From an uncultured Gammaproteobacteria bacterium (GTDB lineage: Bacteria; Patescibacteriota; Patescibacteriia; Patescibacteriales; UBA12465), in contig CAYPAP010000002.1 in NCBI GenBank assembly GCA_964408775.1, positions 65,109-129,108 on the forward strand: a stretch of 64,000 nt of DNA, given 5' to 3'. Below are positions 9,462-18,039 of this stretch, piece by piece. A model generated the notes under the pieces. The model saw nothing but the letters and a program-made list of their open reading frames with translations. It made no database searches and was not told the DNA's origin. Positions within the stretch are counted from its first letter, which is position 1, and every line of letters begins with the position of its first letter. The translations under genes and the position numbers were made by a program.

Positions 9462-10607
9462 ATGAAGATCGGCATTGATGTTCGGGTTTTGCTGGATAAA
9501 AATTATAGTGGTGTTGCCAGCTTTACCTATAATTTATTAAAAAATATTATCAAAAAAGATGAGCGTGATGCTTATTATTTTTTTTATAATTCTTTTAAAA
9601 AGGCAAAATTACCCAGCTTTATTCCTGAGAGTAAAATTATTAGCACCAGGTATCCTAATAAAATTTTTAATTATTTTTTACAGAAAAGATTATCTTATCC
9701 TCGTTTGGACAAGATTGTTGGTGATGTTGATGTCTTTTATTTACCTCATATTAATTTTTCTTCTTTTTCTAGTAAAAGTAGAAATATTATAACCATTCAT
9801 GACCTATCCTTTTTGCGTTATCCGGATTTTTTTAGTTCTCGAAAAAACTTTTGGCACCAAGCTATTAATATTAAGAAAAATATTAAAAAATTCAATAAAA
9901 TAATCGCCGTTTCTCATAATACCAAAAATGACATTATCGAATTACTAGGTGTCTCTCCGGATAAAATAGAAGTTATTTATCCTGGACTACCAGAATTTCA
10001 ATTTTCTAAGGTTTTTTCTTCTAATTATCTAGAGGAAAAATATAATATTAATCGTGATTATATTTTATATTTAGGAACTATTGAGCCTAGAAAAAATATC
10101 AGCGGATTAATATCAGCTTATAATTTGTTGCGTGATAATGGTCATAATTTTTTATTAGTTTTGGCTGGAGCTTGGGGTTGGAAAACAGCTGAAATACGAA
10201 AAGAATGGCAAAAATCTCCTTACAAAGATGATATTCGCTTTATTTCTTACGTAGATGACGAGGTGAAACCTCTTTTATATGAAAAGGCCCGGGCTTTTGT
10301 TTATCCTTCTTTTTATGAGGGTTTTGGTTTTCCGCCACTTGAAGCTATGAGTTTTTCCTTGCCAGTTGTAGCTAGTAATACTTCTAGTTTACCTGAGGTC
10401 TTAGGCGATGGAGCTTTATTAGTAAATCCAGACAAGCCTCAGGAGATTTATTCAGCTATGAAAAATGTTTTAATAGATGAAGATTTGCGACATAGTTTAA
10501 TAAAAAGAGGACAAGCTAGAGTAGCTGAATTTTCTTGGGAAAAAACCTCCCAAGAATATCTAAATGTTTTTAGGTCGGTTTTAAAATCTGAAAAATATTC
10601 CAACTAA
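9462..10607 (+). CDS. glycosyltransferase family 4/1 (GT-B)
   Basis: The start is moved to the ATG at 9462 (MKIGIDVRVL); the track's 9375 start overlaps the previous gene. Motif YPSFYEGFGFPPLEAMSFSLPVVASNTSSLPEV. Confidence 0.85.
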   Translation: MKIGIDVRVLLDKNYSGVASFTYNLLKNIIKKDERDAYYFFYNSFKKAKLPSFIPESKIISTRYPNKIFNYFLQKRLSYPRLDKIVGDVDVFYLPHINFSSFSSKSRNIITIHDLSFLRYPDFFSSRKNFWHQAINIKKNIKKFNKIIAVSHNTKNDIIELLGVSPDKIEVIYPGLPEFQFSKVFSSNYLEEKYNINRDYILYLGTIEPRKNISGLISAYNLLRDNGHNFLLVLAGAWGWKTAEIRKEWQKSPYKDDIRFISYVDDEVKPLLYEKARAFVYPSFYEGFGFPPLEAMSFSLPVVASNTSSLPEVLGDGALLVNPDKPQEIYSAMKNVLIDEDLRHSLIKRGQARVAEFSWEKTSQEYLNVFRSVLKSEKYSN

Positions 10608-10621
10608 GTATTTAATAAAAT

Positions 10622-11713
10622 ATGTTAGACAAAAGATTAAAAAATAAAAAAGTTTTAGTAGCTATTTCTGGAGGAGTTGACTCAGCGGTGTCAGCTCATC
10701 TTTTGATTCAGGCTGGTTATTCTGTTAGTGGAATTTTTTTAAATTTCTGGAAGGATAATAGTGAACCTAGTTCAGAAAATAAGTGTTGCTCAATTCAGGC
10801 TCAAATGGATGCTAAAAAAGTTTGTTTAAATTTAGGTATCCCATTTTACACCTTTGATTTTTCTAAGGCTTTCAAAAAGGAGGTAGTCGATAATTTTTTA
10901 AATGAATATGCTATTGGTCGCACACCAAATCCTTGCGTTGTCTGTAATAAGAAAATAAAAATTGGGGGACTTTTGGAATATGCTAAATCCTTGGGCTTTG
11001 ATTATTTGGCCACTGGTCACTATGGTTATATAGAAAAAGATGGGAAAGACTATAAAATGTTTAGAGGGGTCGACAAAAATAAAGATCAGACTTACTTTTT
11101 ATATACCTTAAACCAAAAACAATTATCTAAATTATTACTACCCTTGGGTAAATTAAAAAAACCAGCTGTTAGACAAATTGCCAAGAAAGCCGGATTATTA
11201 GTAGCCTCTAAAAGCGATAGCCAGGAAATATGCTTTATTTCTGGTAAGCGTCATAATGATTTTTTAAAAAAATATTTGAAATTAAAGCCCGGCGAGATTC
11301 GATTGTTGGGTGATAATAAAAAGGTTGGTGAACATCAGGGGCTGTCGCTTTATACTATCGGACAAAGGAGGGGAATAGAAATTGGTGGAGATGGTCCTTA
11401 TTATGTAGCGCAATTTGATTATGATAAAGATATATTATATGTAGTTCGCAATTTTAATGACACTATTTTATATAGCTCCAGCATGACATTAACTGATGTT
11501 AATTGGATGAACTTAAAAGAATTAAAATTTCCTCTAAGGGCTGACGTTGTAATTCGCTACCAACATAAACCAGTTAAGTGCTTAATTGATTATAATAAAA
11601 AAAATAATACCGCTCAGGTAAAATTTTTTAAGATACAACGTGCCATCACTCCCGGCCAAAGTGCCGTCTTCTATCGCGATAGCGAAGTTCTAGGTGGAGG
11701 AATAATTAATTGA
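10622..11713 (+). CDS. mnmA: tRNA 2-thiouridine(34) synthase
   Basis: PP-loop SGGVDSAV, TPNPCVVCNKKIK, and LATGHY followed by KDQTYFLY; 363 aa. Confidence 0.93.
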   Translation: MLDKRLKNKKVLVAISGGVDSAVSAHLLIQAGYSVSGIFLNFWKDNSEPSSENKCCSIQAQMDAKKVCLNLGIPFYTFDFSKAFKKEVVDNFLNEYAIGRTPNPCVVCNKKIKIGGLLEYAKSLGFDYLATGHYGYIEKDGKDYKMFRGVDKNKDQTYFLYTLNQKQLSKLLLPLGKLKKPAVRQIAKKAGLLVASKSDSQEICFISGKRHNDFLKKYLKLKPGEIRLLGDNKKVGEHQGLSLYTIGQRRGIEIGGDGPYYVAQFDYDKDILYVVRNFNDTILYSSSMTLTDVNWMNLKELKFPLRADVVIRYQHKPVKCLIDYNKKNNTAQVKFFKIQRAITPGQSAVFYRDSEVLGGGIIN

Positions 11714-11720
11714 GATCTTG

Positions 11721-11770
11721 CCTTCCGTGTCACCCCCGGCGAGCGTAGCGAGGGAAGGGGGTCCAGGGTT
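11721..11770. repeat. left inverted-repeat arm of the GIY-YIG cassette
   Basis: CCTTCCGTGTCACCCCCGGCGAGCGTAGCGAGGGAAGGGGGTCCAGGGTT. It pairs with 12122-12212. Confidence 0.85.
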
Positions 11771-11798
11771 GGTCCATATAAATAATAATACTTATAAA

Positions 11799-12050
11799 AT
11801 GACCAAAGAGTACAATTATTATATTTATATATTATCAAATAAAAGAAACGGAACATTATATATCGGAGTAACTAATAATTTACTCTCAAGGACATTCCAA
11901 CATAAATTAAAAGAAAATAAAAATAGCTTTAGCGCTAAATATAAAACAGACAAATTGGTTTATTATGAAAATTATCAATATATTGAAGACGCTTTAAATA
12001 GAGAGAAGGAGTTAAAAAAATGGAATAGATCTTGGAAAATAAAAAATTAA
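11799..12050 (+). CDS. small GIY-YIG nuclease (COG2827-like), apparently frameshifted; the conserved C-terminus continues in the -1 frame to 12100
   Basis: YIYILSNKRNGTLYIGVTNNLLSRTFQHK...KLVYYE...REKELKKWNRSWKI. The ATG at 11799 is preferred over the track start at 11718, which lies in the repeat arm. After the A6 run (12041-12046) the -1 frame reads KLIEEENPTWRDMFRDMD*, matching the family C-terminus as I recall it. Confidence 0.8.
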   Translation: MTKEYNYYIYILSNKRNGTLYIGVTNNLLSRTFQHKLKENKNSFSAKYKTDKLVYYENYQYIEDALNREKELKKWNRSWKIKN

Positions 12051-12121
12051 TAGAAGAAGAAAATCCTACTTGGAGGGATATGTTTAGGGATATGGATTAA
12101 TAACAAAAGATTTATCGAGTT

Positions 12122-12212
12122 AACCCTGGACCCCATTCCCTTCCCACGTAAAAACTCTCAGTTGCACTTCGTGCACCTTCGAGTTAACGTGGGTCGCCGG
12201 GGGTGACAAGGG
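12122..12212. repeat. right inverted-repeat arm of the GIY-YIG cassette with a nested hairpin
   Basis: AACCCTGGACCCC..CCCTTCCC, then the nested hairpin CCCACGT(12143-12149)...ACGTGGG(12187-12193) with an inner TGCAC-TTC-GTGCA, then TCGCCGGGGGTGAC. Confidence 0.85.
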
Positions 12213-12224
12213 AAAAATAAATTG

Positions 12225-12306
12225 TGCCGATGGTGGGAATCGAACCCACAAGCCTTGCGGCACACGAGTTTGAGTCGTGCGTGTTTGCCAGTTTCACCAC
12301 ATCGGC
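12225..12306 (-). tRNA. tRNA-Leu(CAA), class II with a long variable arm
   Basis: The reverse complement folds as a cloverleaf: acceptor GCCGATG/CATCGGC, anticodon stem CACGA/TCGTG with loop CTCAAAC (anticodon CAA), 13-nt variable arm, T arm GTGGG-TTCGATT-CCCAC, discriminator A. CCA is not encoded. Confidence 0.93.
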
Positions 12307-12413
12307 CGATGCAGGAATATATTAGATTATTTTTCCGTAATTGTCAAAATTTTATTTGCCATTTTTTATTAGATGAATTATAATATTAGAGTAATTAATT
12401 CTTATTTTATTTT

Positions 12414-13175
12414 ATGGGAAAAATAATTTCCATTGTTAACCAAAAGGGAGGTGTCGGAAAAACAACCACTTCAGTCAACCTCGGAGCTTATCTAGCTCAT
12501 TTTGGTAAAAAAGTTTTATTGGTGGACGTGGATCCTCAGGCCAATGCTACTTCAGGCCTAGGCGTTGATCATCGTCAGGTTGAAAAAGGTATTTACGATG
12601 TTCTAATGGGTGATTGTCCAATATCTGAAGTTATACTTAAAACTAAACAAGACAATTTTTTTCTTATTCCAGCTACGGTCAACTTATCCGGAGCTTTGAT
12701 TGAATTGGTTGAAGTAGAGAATAGAGAATTTAGTTTACTTTCGGCCCTGGAGGAAATCAAGGAAAAATTTGATTATATTATTATTGATGGACCGCCTTCT
12801 TTGGGGCTATTAACAGTAAATATTTTAGTCGCTTCTGATAGAGTTTTAATTCCTATCCAAAGTGAATATTATGCTCTAGAGGGATTAAGTCAGCTCATGG
12901 AAACTATTTCTTTAATACAAAATAACTTACGACCGCAATTAGGAATATTAGGAGTAGTTATAACCATGTTTGATAAGAGAAATCGTTTATCAGCCCTGGT
13001 TAGAGACGAGTTGTACAAATATTTTCCTAATAAGGTTTTTAAATCAATAATCCCTCGTACCGTTCGCTTGGCCGAGGCTCCTAGCTATGGTCTTAGTATT
13101 TTGCAATATGATCCCAAGTCATCAGGTGCTAAAGCTTATGAGGAATTAGCCAAAGAAATTATTAATTTAAGTTAA
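12414..13175 (+). CDS. parA: chromosome partitioning ATPase ParA/Soj
   Basis: Deviant Walker A NQKGGVGKTTT, DVDPQANAT, IIDGPPSLG; 253 aa. Confidence 0.93.
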   Translation: MGKIISIVNQKGGVGKTTTSVNLGAYLAHFGKKVLLVDVDPQANATSGLGVDHRQVEKGIYDVLMGDCPISEVILKTKQDNFFLIPATVNLSGALIELVEVENREFSLLSALEEIKEKFDYIIIDGPPSLGLLTVNILVASDRVLIPIQSEYYALEGLSQLMETISLIQNNLRPQLGILGVVITMFDKRNRLSALVRDELYKYFPNKVFKSIIPRTVRLAEAPSYGLSILQYDPKSSGAKAYEELAKEIINLS

Positions 13176-13184
13176 AATAAAATT

Positions 13185-14066
13185 ATGGCAAATAAAGGAT
13201 TGGGAAGAGGATTAGGTTCTCTTATTCCTAAAAAAATAAATATTAATGATTATTCAGATTTTTCGTTAGATGAAAAAAGCAAAGAATTGGTTGATAGTAG
13301 GGGGGGAGTAGTTGAAGTTGACCCTAAAAAAATAGTTCCCAACCCTTATCAACCTCGTAAAGAATTTGATCCTATTTCTTTGAATAATTTAGTTGAGTCA
13401 ATTAAGGAGCATGGCATAATCCAGCCCCTAATAGTTAGCCCCGAAAAAGATGGTTCTTATGAGTTAATTGCTGGAGAAAGGCGTTTACGTAGTGCCATAG
13501 AGCTAAATATGTTCAGTGTTCCGGTAATTGTTCGTGATATTAGTAATCAGAAAAAATTAGAGTTAGCTTTAATTGAAAACCTACAACGAGAAGACTTAAA
13601 TCCAATAGACTCAGCTGTGGCTTATAATCAATTAATAAATGAATTCAATTTAACTCAAGATGATTTGGCTAAAAAGTTGGGGAAACCAAGGTCTACTATT
13701 ACTAACACTCTTAGATTTTTAGCTCTACCTGAAGAGATTAAAAAAGCTTTAACCGAAAAAAGAATTTCCGAGGCTCATGCTAAGTATTTATTAGGATTAG
13801 ACAACGAGGTTAAGCAGTTGACAATTTTCCGTAAAATATTGTACAATAATCTTTCAGTTAGGGAGACAAATAAATTAATTAGAGAATCCGGCGGAACCAG
13901 AAAGGCCAAGGTGATTATTGGGGAAAATGACAAGAAAATTATTGATTCTTTACAAACATATTTAGGGACCAAGGTTGATATTAAAAGAGCTCAAAAGGGT
14001 GGTAAGGTGGAAATTAATTTTTATTCCGACGATGATTTAAATAGTATTATTAAAAAAATAATGTAA
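13185..14066 (+). CDS. parB: chromosome partitioning protein ParB/Spo0J
   Basis: ParB box GIIQPLIV...IAGERRLRS and LIENLQREDLNPID, with an HTH in LTQDDLAKKLGKPRSTITN. It lies 9 nt after parA. Confidence 0.93.
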   Translation: MANKGLGRGLGSLIPKKININDYSDFSLDEKSKELVDSRGGVVEVDPKKIVPNPYQPRKEFDPISLNNLVESIKEHGIIQPLIVSPEKDGSYELIAGERRLRSAIELNMFSVPVIVRDISNQKKLELALIENLQREDLNPIDSAVAYNQLINEFNLTQDDLAKKLGKPRSTITNTLRFLALPEEIKKALTEKRISEAHAKYLLGLDNEVKQLTIFRKILYNNLSVRETNKLIRESGGTRKAKVIIGENDKKIIDSLQTYLGTKVDIKRAQKGGKVEINFYSDDDLNSIIKKIM

Positions 14067-14087
14067 AACCACAAAACAGGGAAAACC

Positions 14088-14243
14088 ATGAAATACAACT
14101 TTATTATGGAAGCTGTCCAAGTAATTGGAATTATTCTTTCCTTTTTGAGCCTGTTTATTATGATTTTTTGGGGCGGAATCTCCTTGCTCGGTTTCTATCT
14201 TAAACAAGTAGAGGATATTGAGCGGGAGACACTTGAAAAATAA
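14088..14243 (+). CDS. possible 51-aa small membrane protein (not in the ORF track)
   Basis: ATG at 14088. Sequence MKYNFIMEAVQVIGIILSFLSLFIMIFWGGISLLGFYLKQVEDIERETLEK has one or two TM segments. TAA at 14241-14243 is followed by a strong terminator. Confidence 0.35.
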   Translation: MKYNFIMEAVQVIGIILSFLSLFIMIFWGGISLLGFYLKQVEDIERETLEK

Positions 14244-14267
14244 AGAGGGGAGACAGAGGAGTGGTGA

Positions 14268-14291
14268 GGCCGGACAAATCCGGCCTTTTTT
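14268..14291 (+). terminator. intrinsic terminator closing the parAB unit
   Basis: GGCCGGA-CAAA-TCCGGCC 7-bp GC stem followed by TTTTTT. Confidence 0.8.
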
Positions 14292-14389
14292 ATTTAATAT
14301 TTGTCTTATACTCAAAAATAAATTATAATAGAGTAAGGTTTGAAAAACAATAGTTTTTTATTGTTATTTTTTATTTTTTATCTTTTTTT

Positions 14390-17300
14390 ATGTCATTTGT
14401 CCACCTACATAATCATACTCATTATTCTCTTTTAGACGGTTTAGCTAAGATAGACGATCTTATTGCTTTGGCTAAGCAGCAGGGGTCTCCAGCTATTGCC
14501 ATTACTGATCACGGGGTTATGTATGGTGTAATAGAGTTTTATAAAAAATGTAAAAAAGCTGGAATAAAACCAATAATCGGGGTAGAAATTTATTTAGCCC
14601 CAAAATCTCGTTTTGATAAAAACACAAGAGAGGATGCTAAAAATTTTCACTTATTATTATTAGCCAAAAATAATATTGGTTATCAAAATTTAATTAAATT
14701 AACCTCCTTGGCTCACTTGGAGGGTTTTTATTATAAACCTCGAGTTGATTGGGAGCTCTTAGAAAAATATCATGAAGGTCTTATTGCTTCTACAGCTTGT
14801 TTGGGGGGCGAAATTCCATATTTAATTAGAGGTGGAAAGATGGATTATGTTAAAAAAAGAATTTTGGAATACAATAATCTTTTTGGTCAGGATAATTTTT
14901 ATCTAGAAATTCAAGATCATCCCGAGTTAGAGGGTCAAGCAGAAAATAATAACCAATTAATAAAACTTTCGCGTGAATTAAATATTCCTTTAGTGGCCAC
15001 TAATGACGTTCATTATATAGAGAAGGATGATGATGAAGCTCAGGATATTTTACTGTGTTTACAAAATAAAAAGAAAAGAGAGGACGTTGATAGAATGAAA
15101 ATGATAGGCTACGGGGATTATTCTTGTCGTGACCCTAAGGAGATTATAGAGGCTTTTAAAGATGTCCCTGATGCCGTTGAAAACACTTTAAAGATTGCGG
15201 AGAGATGTAACGTTGAGATTAATTTAGATGAAGTTCATCTACCTCACTTTGAAGTTCCTGAGGGCTATGATCAAGCTTCTTTTTTACGTAAATGGTGTGA
15301 GGACGGCATAAAAATTCGTTTTCCTGATGTTGAGGAAGAGGAGTTAAAAGAGATTAGAACAAGAATGGATTACGAGTTAGAGGTTATTAATAAAATGGGT
15401 TGGCCTTCATATTTCTTAATTGTAGCTGATTTAGTTAATTGGGCTAAAAATCAAAAAATTGTTGTTGGACCAGGACGTGGTAGCGCTGCTGGATCTTTGG
15501 TTTGCTATTTAACTGGAATTACTAATTTGGATCCTATTAGATATGAATTGCTCTTTGAGAGATTTTTAAATCCTGACAGAATATCTATGCCTGATATTGA
15601 TTTGGACTTTGCTGACACTCGACGAGATGAGGTTATTTCTTATGTAGCTGAAAAATATGGGCATGATAATGTCGCCCAGATTATCACTTTTGGAACTATG
15701 GCTGCTCGAGCTGCTGTTCGAGATGTAGGTCGAGTTTTAGATGAGCCTTATGATTTTTGTGATAAATTAGCCAAGATGATTCCAATGAATTACAAGGTTA
15801 AGGAGGCGGTAGAAAATTTACCCGAAGTTAAAGATATTTATAAAAAAGATCCAGCTGCTAAAAGAATTTTAGATTTTGCTCAAAAATTAGAAGGTGTTGC
15901 TAGGCACGCCTCTACTCATGCCTGTGGTGTTTTAATAACCAAGGAGCCTCTGACCAATTATGTTCCTTTACAGTATGCATCTTCTTCTGACAAAAGTATT
16001 GTTTCACAATATTCACTTCACCCGGTTGATGATTTGGGCTTATTGAAAGTTGATTTTTTAGGATTAAAGAATCTTACTATTATTGAAGCTGCTATTAAAA
16101 TTATTAAAAACACTCGAGAGGTAGAGATTGATATTGATAAAATTCCCCTAGATGATAAAAAAACATTAGAATTATTTAAAAAAGGAGCAACTACTGGAGT
16201 TTTTCAGTTTGAGTCAGGTGGTATGAAGCGGTACTTGAAGGAATTAAAGCCAGGAAAGTTTGAGCATATAATTGCCATGGTGGCTCTCTATCGTCCCGGA
16301 CCAATGGAATGGATTCCAGAATTTATTGCTGGTCGACATGGACGTGAAATGACCTATTTACACCCCAAGCTAAAACCAATTTTAGAAAAAACTTATGGAG
16401 TGGCTGTTTATCAGGAGCAGGTTATGCAAATTTCTCGAGAGTTAGCTGGTTTTACTCGGGGAGAGGCTGATACCCTGAGAAAAGCTATGGGTAAAAAAAT
16501 ACCTGAACTCTTGGCTGAGCAAAAAGAGATGTTTGTTGATGGTTGTATAAAGAATGGTTTGGGTAAAAAATTAGCTGAAAAAATATTTTCTTTTATTGAA
16601 CCTTTTGCTGGTTACGGCTTTAATCGTTCTCACGCTGCTTGCTATGCTATGATTGGCTATCAGACTGCCTATCTCAAGGCGCATTATCCATCCGAGTTTA
16701 TGGCTGCTTTACTTACTGCAGACCAAAATGACACTGATAGAATCGCTATAGAAATCGATGAATGCAGAAGTATGGGGATGGAAATCATGCCTCCGGACAT
16801 TAACGAATCTTTTGCTTCTTTTACGGTTGTTACTAGTGGAACTGTTCAAAACAAAGCTGTTGCCGAGGTGGAAAAAACAAAAACAATTCGGTTTGGTTTG
16901 AATGCTATCAAAAATGTTGGTCATCATATTGTCGAGGAGATAATTAAAGAGCGCAAAGCTAATGGACCCTATAAAAATATTTTTGATTTGCTAGAACGAG
17001 TCTTGGATAAAGATTTAAATAAAAAATCTTTGGAAAGTTTAATAAAATGCGGGGCCTTTGATCAATTTGAAGACAGGGGAGTGCTACTCGGAAGCCTAGA
17101 GTCCCTGTTGGAATTCAATAAGGAGATATCTCGCGTCAAAAACAGCCCCCAAATTTCTTTATTTGCTGAATCGCCTGATGCTATGGTTTTTAACTATCCT
17201 CGCCTCGACAAAAAAATAGAAATTAATAATAACGAAAAGCTGCAATGGGAAAAAGAGTTACTCGGTCTTTATATTTCCGAGCATCCCTTCAATGATTTTA

Positions 17301-17974
17301 AAGGAAAATTAGGAGATGATATAATTTCCTTAGGTAATTTAAAAAACTACAAGAATCAAGATGTTTTATCAGCTGGAGTAGTTTCAGTTATTAAAAAAAT
17401 TATCACCAAGAAAAATGATAATATGCTTTTCGTCAAAATAGAGGATGGGATTTCTTTTGTAGAAATTTTGGTTTTTCCAAAAGTTTTAAAAGAAACTCCA
17501 GATATTTGGCAGGAAGGGAAGACGGTTTTATTAAATGCTAACGTCTCTGATAAGGACGGAGAAATAAAATTATTAGTTAATAAGGCGGTTGTTTTGGACG
17601 TGGATAATTTAAAAACTACTTTAAAAGATTTTAGAAATATAAAAATACCCAAGCGATTTAATGCCAATGGTGGTGGAAATGGTTTTTATGGAAATGGCAA
17701 CGGTTATAATAATTACAATAATGGAAACGGATCTTATGTTCCACAAAGTACCAGCAAATCATTGGGAATAGCTATAAAAAATGGTATTACCCCAGAGATT
17801 TTCAATAAAATAAAAGGAATACTAGAATCATATCCGGGTTCCGATGCTGTTTATTTAAAAGTAAATTTGCCTGATGGTGAAAAATTAATTAAGTCTGACT
17901 TAAAGGTTGATAATTGCCCAGAATTAAAAGATGAGTTGAAAAATGAATTGTCTGACTTAGTAGATATTGTTTAA
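14390..17974 (+). CDS. dnaE: DNA polymerase III alpha subunit
   Basis: PHP domain HLHNHTHYSLLDG and polymerase core (GPGRGSAAGSLV, PDIDLDF, FESGGM, YRPGPM, GFNRSHAAAY-like GFNRSHAACYA). 1194 aa with an N/G-rich linker near the C-terminus. Confidence 0.96.
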   Translation: MSFVHLHNHTHYSLLDGLAKIDDLIALAKQQGSPAIAITDHGVMYGVIEFYKKCKKAGIKPIIGVEIYLAPKSRFDKNTREDAKNFHLLLLAKNNIGYQNLIKLTSLAHLEGFYYKPRVDWELLEKYHEGLIASTACLGGEIPYLIRGGKMDYVKKRILEYNNLFGQDNFYLEIQDHPELEGQAENNNQLIKLSRELNIPLVATNDVHYIEKDDDEAQDILLCLQNKKKREDVDRMKMIGYGDYSCRDPKEIIEAFKDVPDAVENTLKIAERCNVEINLDEVHLPHFEVPEGYDQASFLRKWCEDGIKIRFPDVEEEELKEIRTRMDYELEVINKMGWPSYFLIVADLVNWAKNQKIVVGPGRGSAAGSLVCYLTGITNLDPIRYELLFERFLNPDRISMPDIDLDFADTRRDEVISYVAEKYGHDNVAQIITFGTMAARAAVRDVGRVLDEPYDFCDKLAKMIPMNYKVKEAVENLPEVKDIYKKDPAAKRILDFAQKLEGVARHASTHACGVLITKEPLTNYVPLQYASSSDKSIVSQYSLHPVDDLGLLKVDFLGLKNLTIIEAAIKIIKNTREVEIDIDKIPLDDKKTLELFKKGATTGVFQFESGGMKRYLKELKPGKFEHIIAMVALYRPGPMEWIPEFIAGRHGREMTYLHPKLKPILEKTYGVAVYQEQVMQISRELAGFTRGEADTLRKAMGKKIPELLAEQKEMFVDGCIKNGLGKKLAEKIFSFIEPFAGYGFNRSHAACYAMIGYQTAYLKAHYPSEFMAALLTADQNDTDRIAIEIDECRSMGMEIMPPDINESFASFTVVTSGTVQNKAVAEVEKTKTIRFGLNAIKNVGHHIVEEIIKERKANGPYKNIFDLLERVLDKDLNKKSLESLIKCGAFDQFEDRGVLLGSLESLLEFNKEISRVKNSPQISLFAESPDAMVFNYPRLDKKIEINNNEKLQWEKELLGLYISEHPFNDFKGKLGDDIISLGNLKNYKNQDVLSAGVVSVIKKIITKKNDNMLFVKIEDGISFVEILVFPKVLKETPDIWQEGKTVLLNANVSDKDGEIKLLVNKAVVLDVDNLKTTLKDFRNIKIPKRFNANGGGNGFYGNGNGYNNYNNGNGSYVPQSTSKSLGIAIKNGITPEIFNKIKGILESYPGSDAVYLKVNLPDGEKLIKSDLKVDNCPELKDELKNELSDLVDIV

Positions 17975-18039
17975 TTCTATTAAAAATGTTATTATTTTAT
18001 TATAATGCTTTCTTAAATTAAAAATAAATTATCAATTCT

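Larger units (their letters stand above)
11721..12212 (+). mobile_element. candidate TIR-bounded GIY-YIG cassette (about 490 bp) between the mnmA stop and the tRNA-Leu 3' end
   Basis: GC-rich arms are reverse complements in three perfect blocks: 11729-11742 vs 12194-12207 (14 bp), 11752-11759 vs 12138-12145 (8 bp), and 11758-11770 vs 12122-12134 (13 bp). A single small GIY-YIG ORF lies between them. Mobility itself is inference. Confidence 0.5.
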
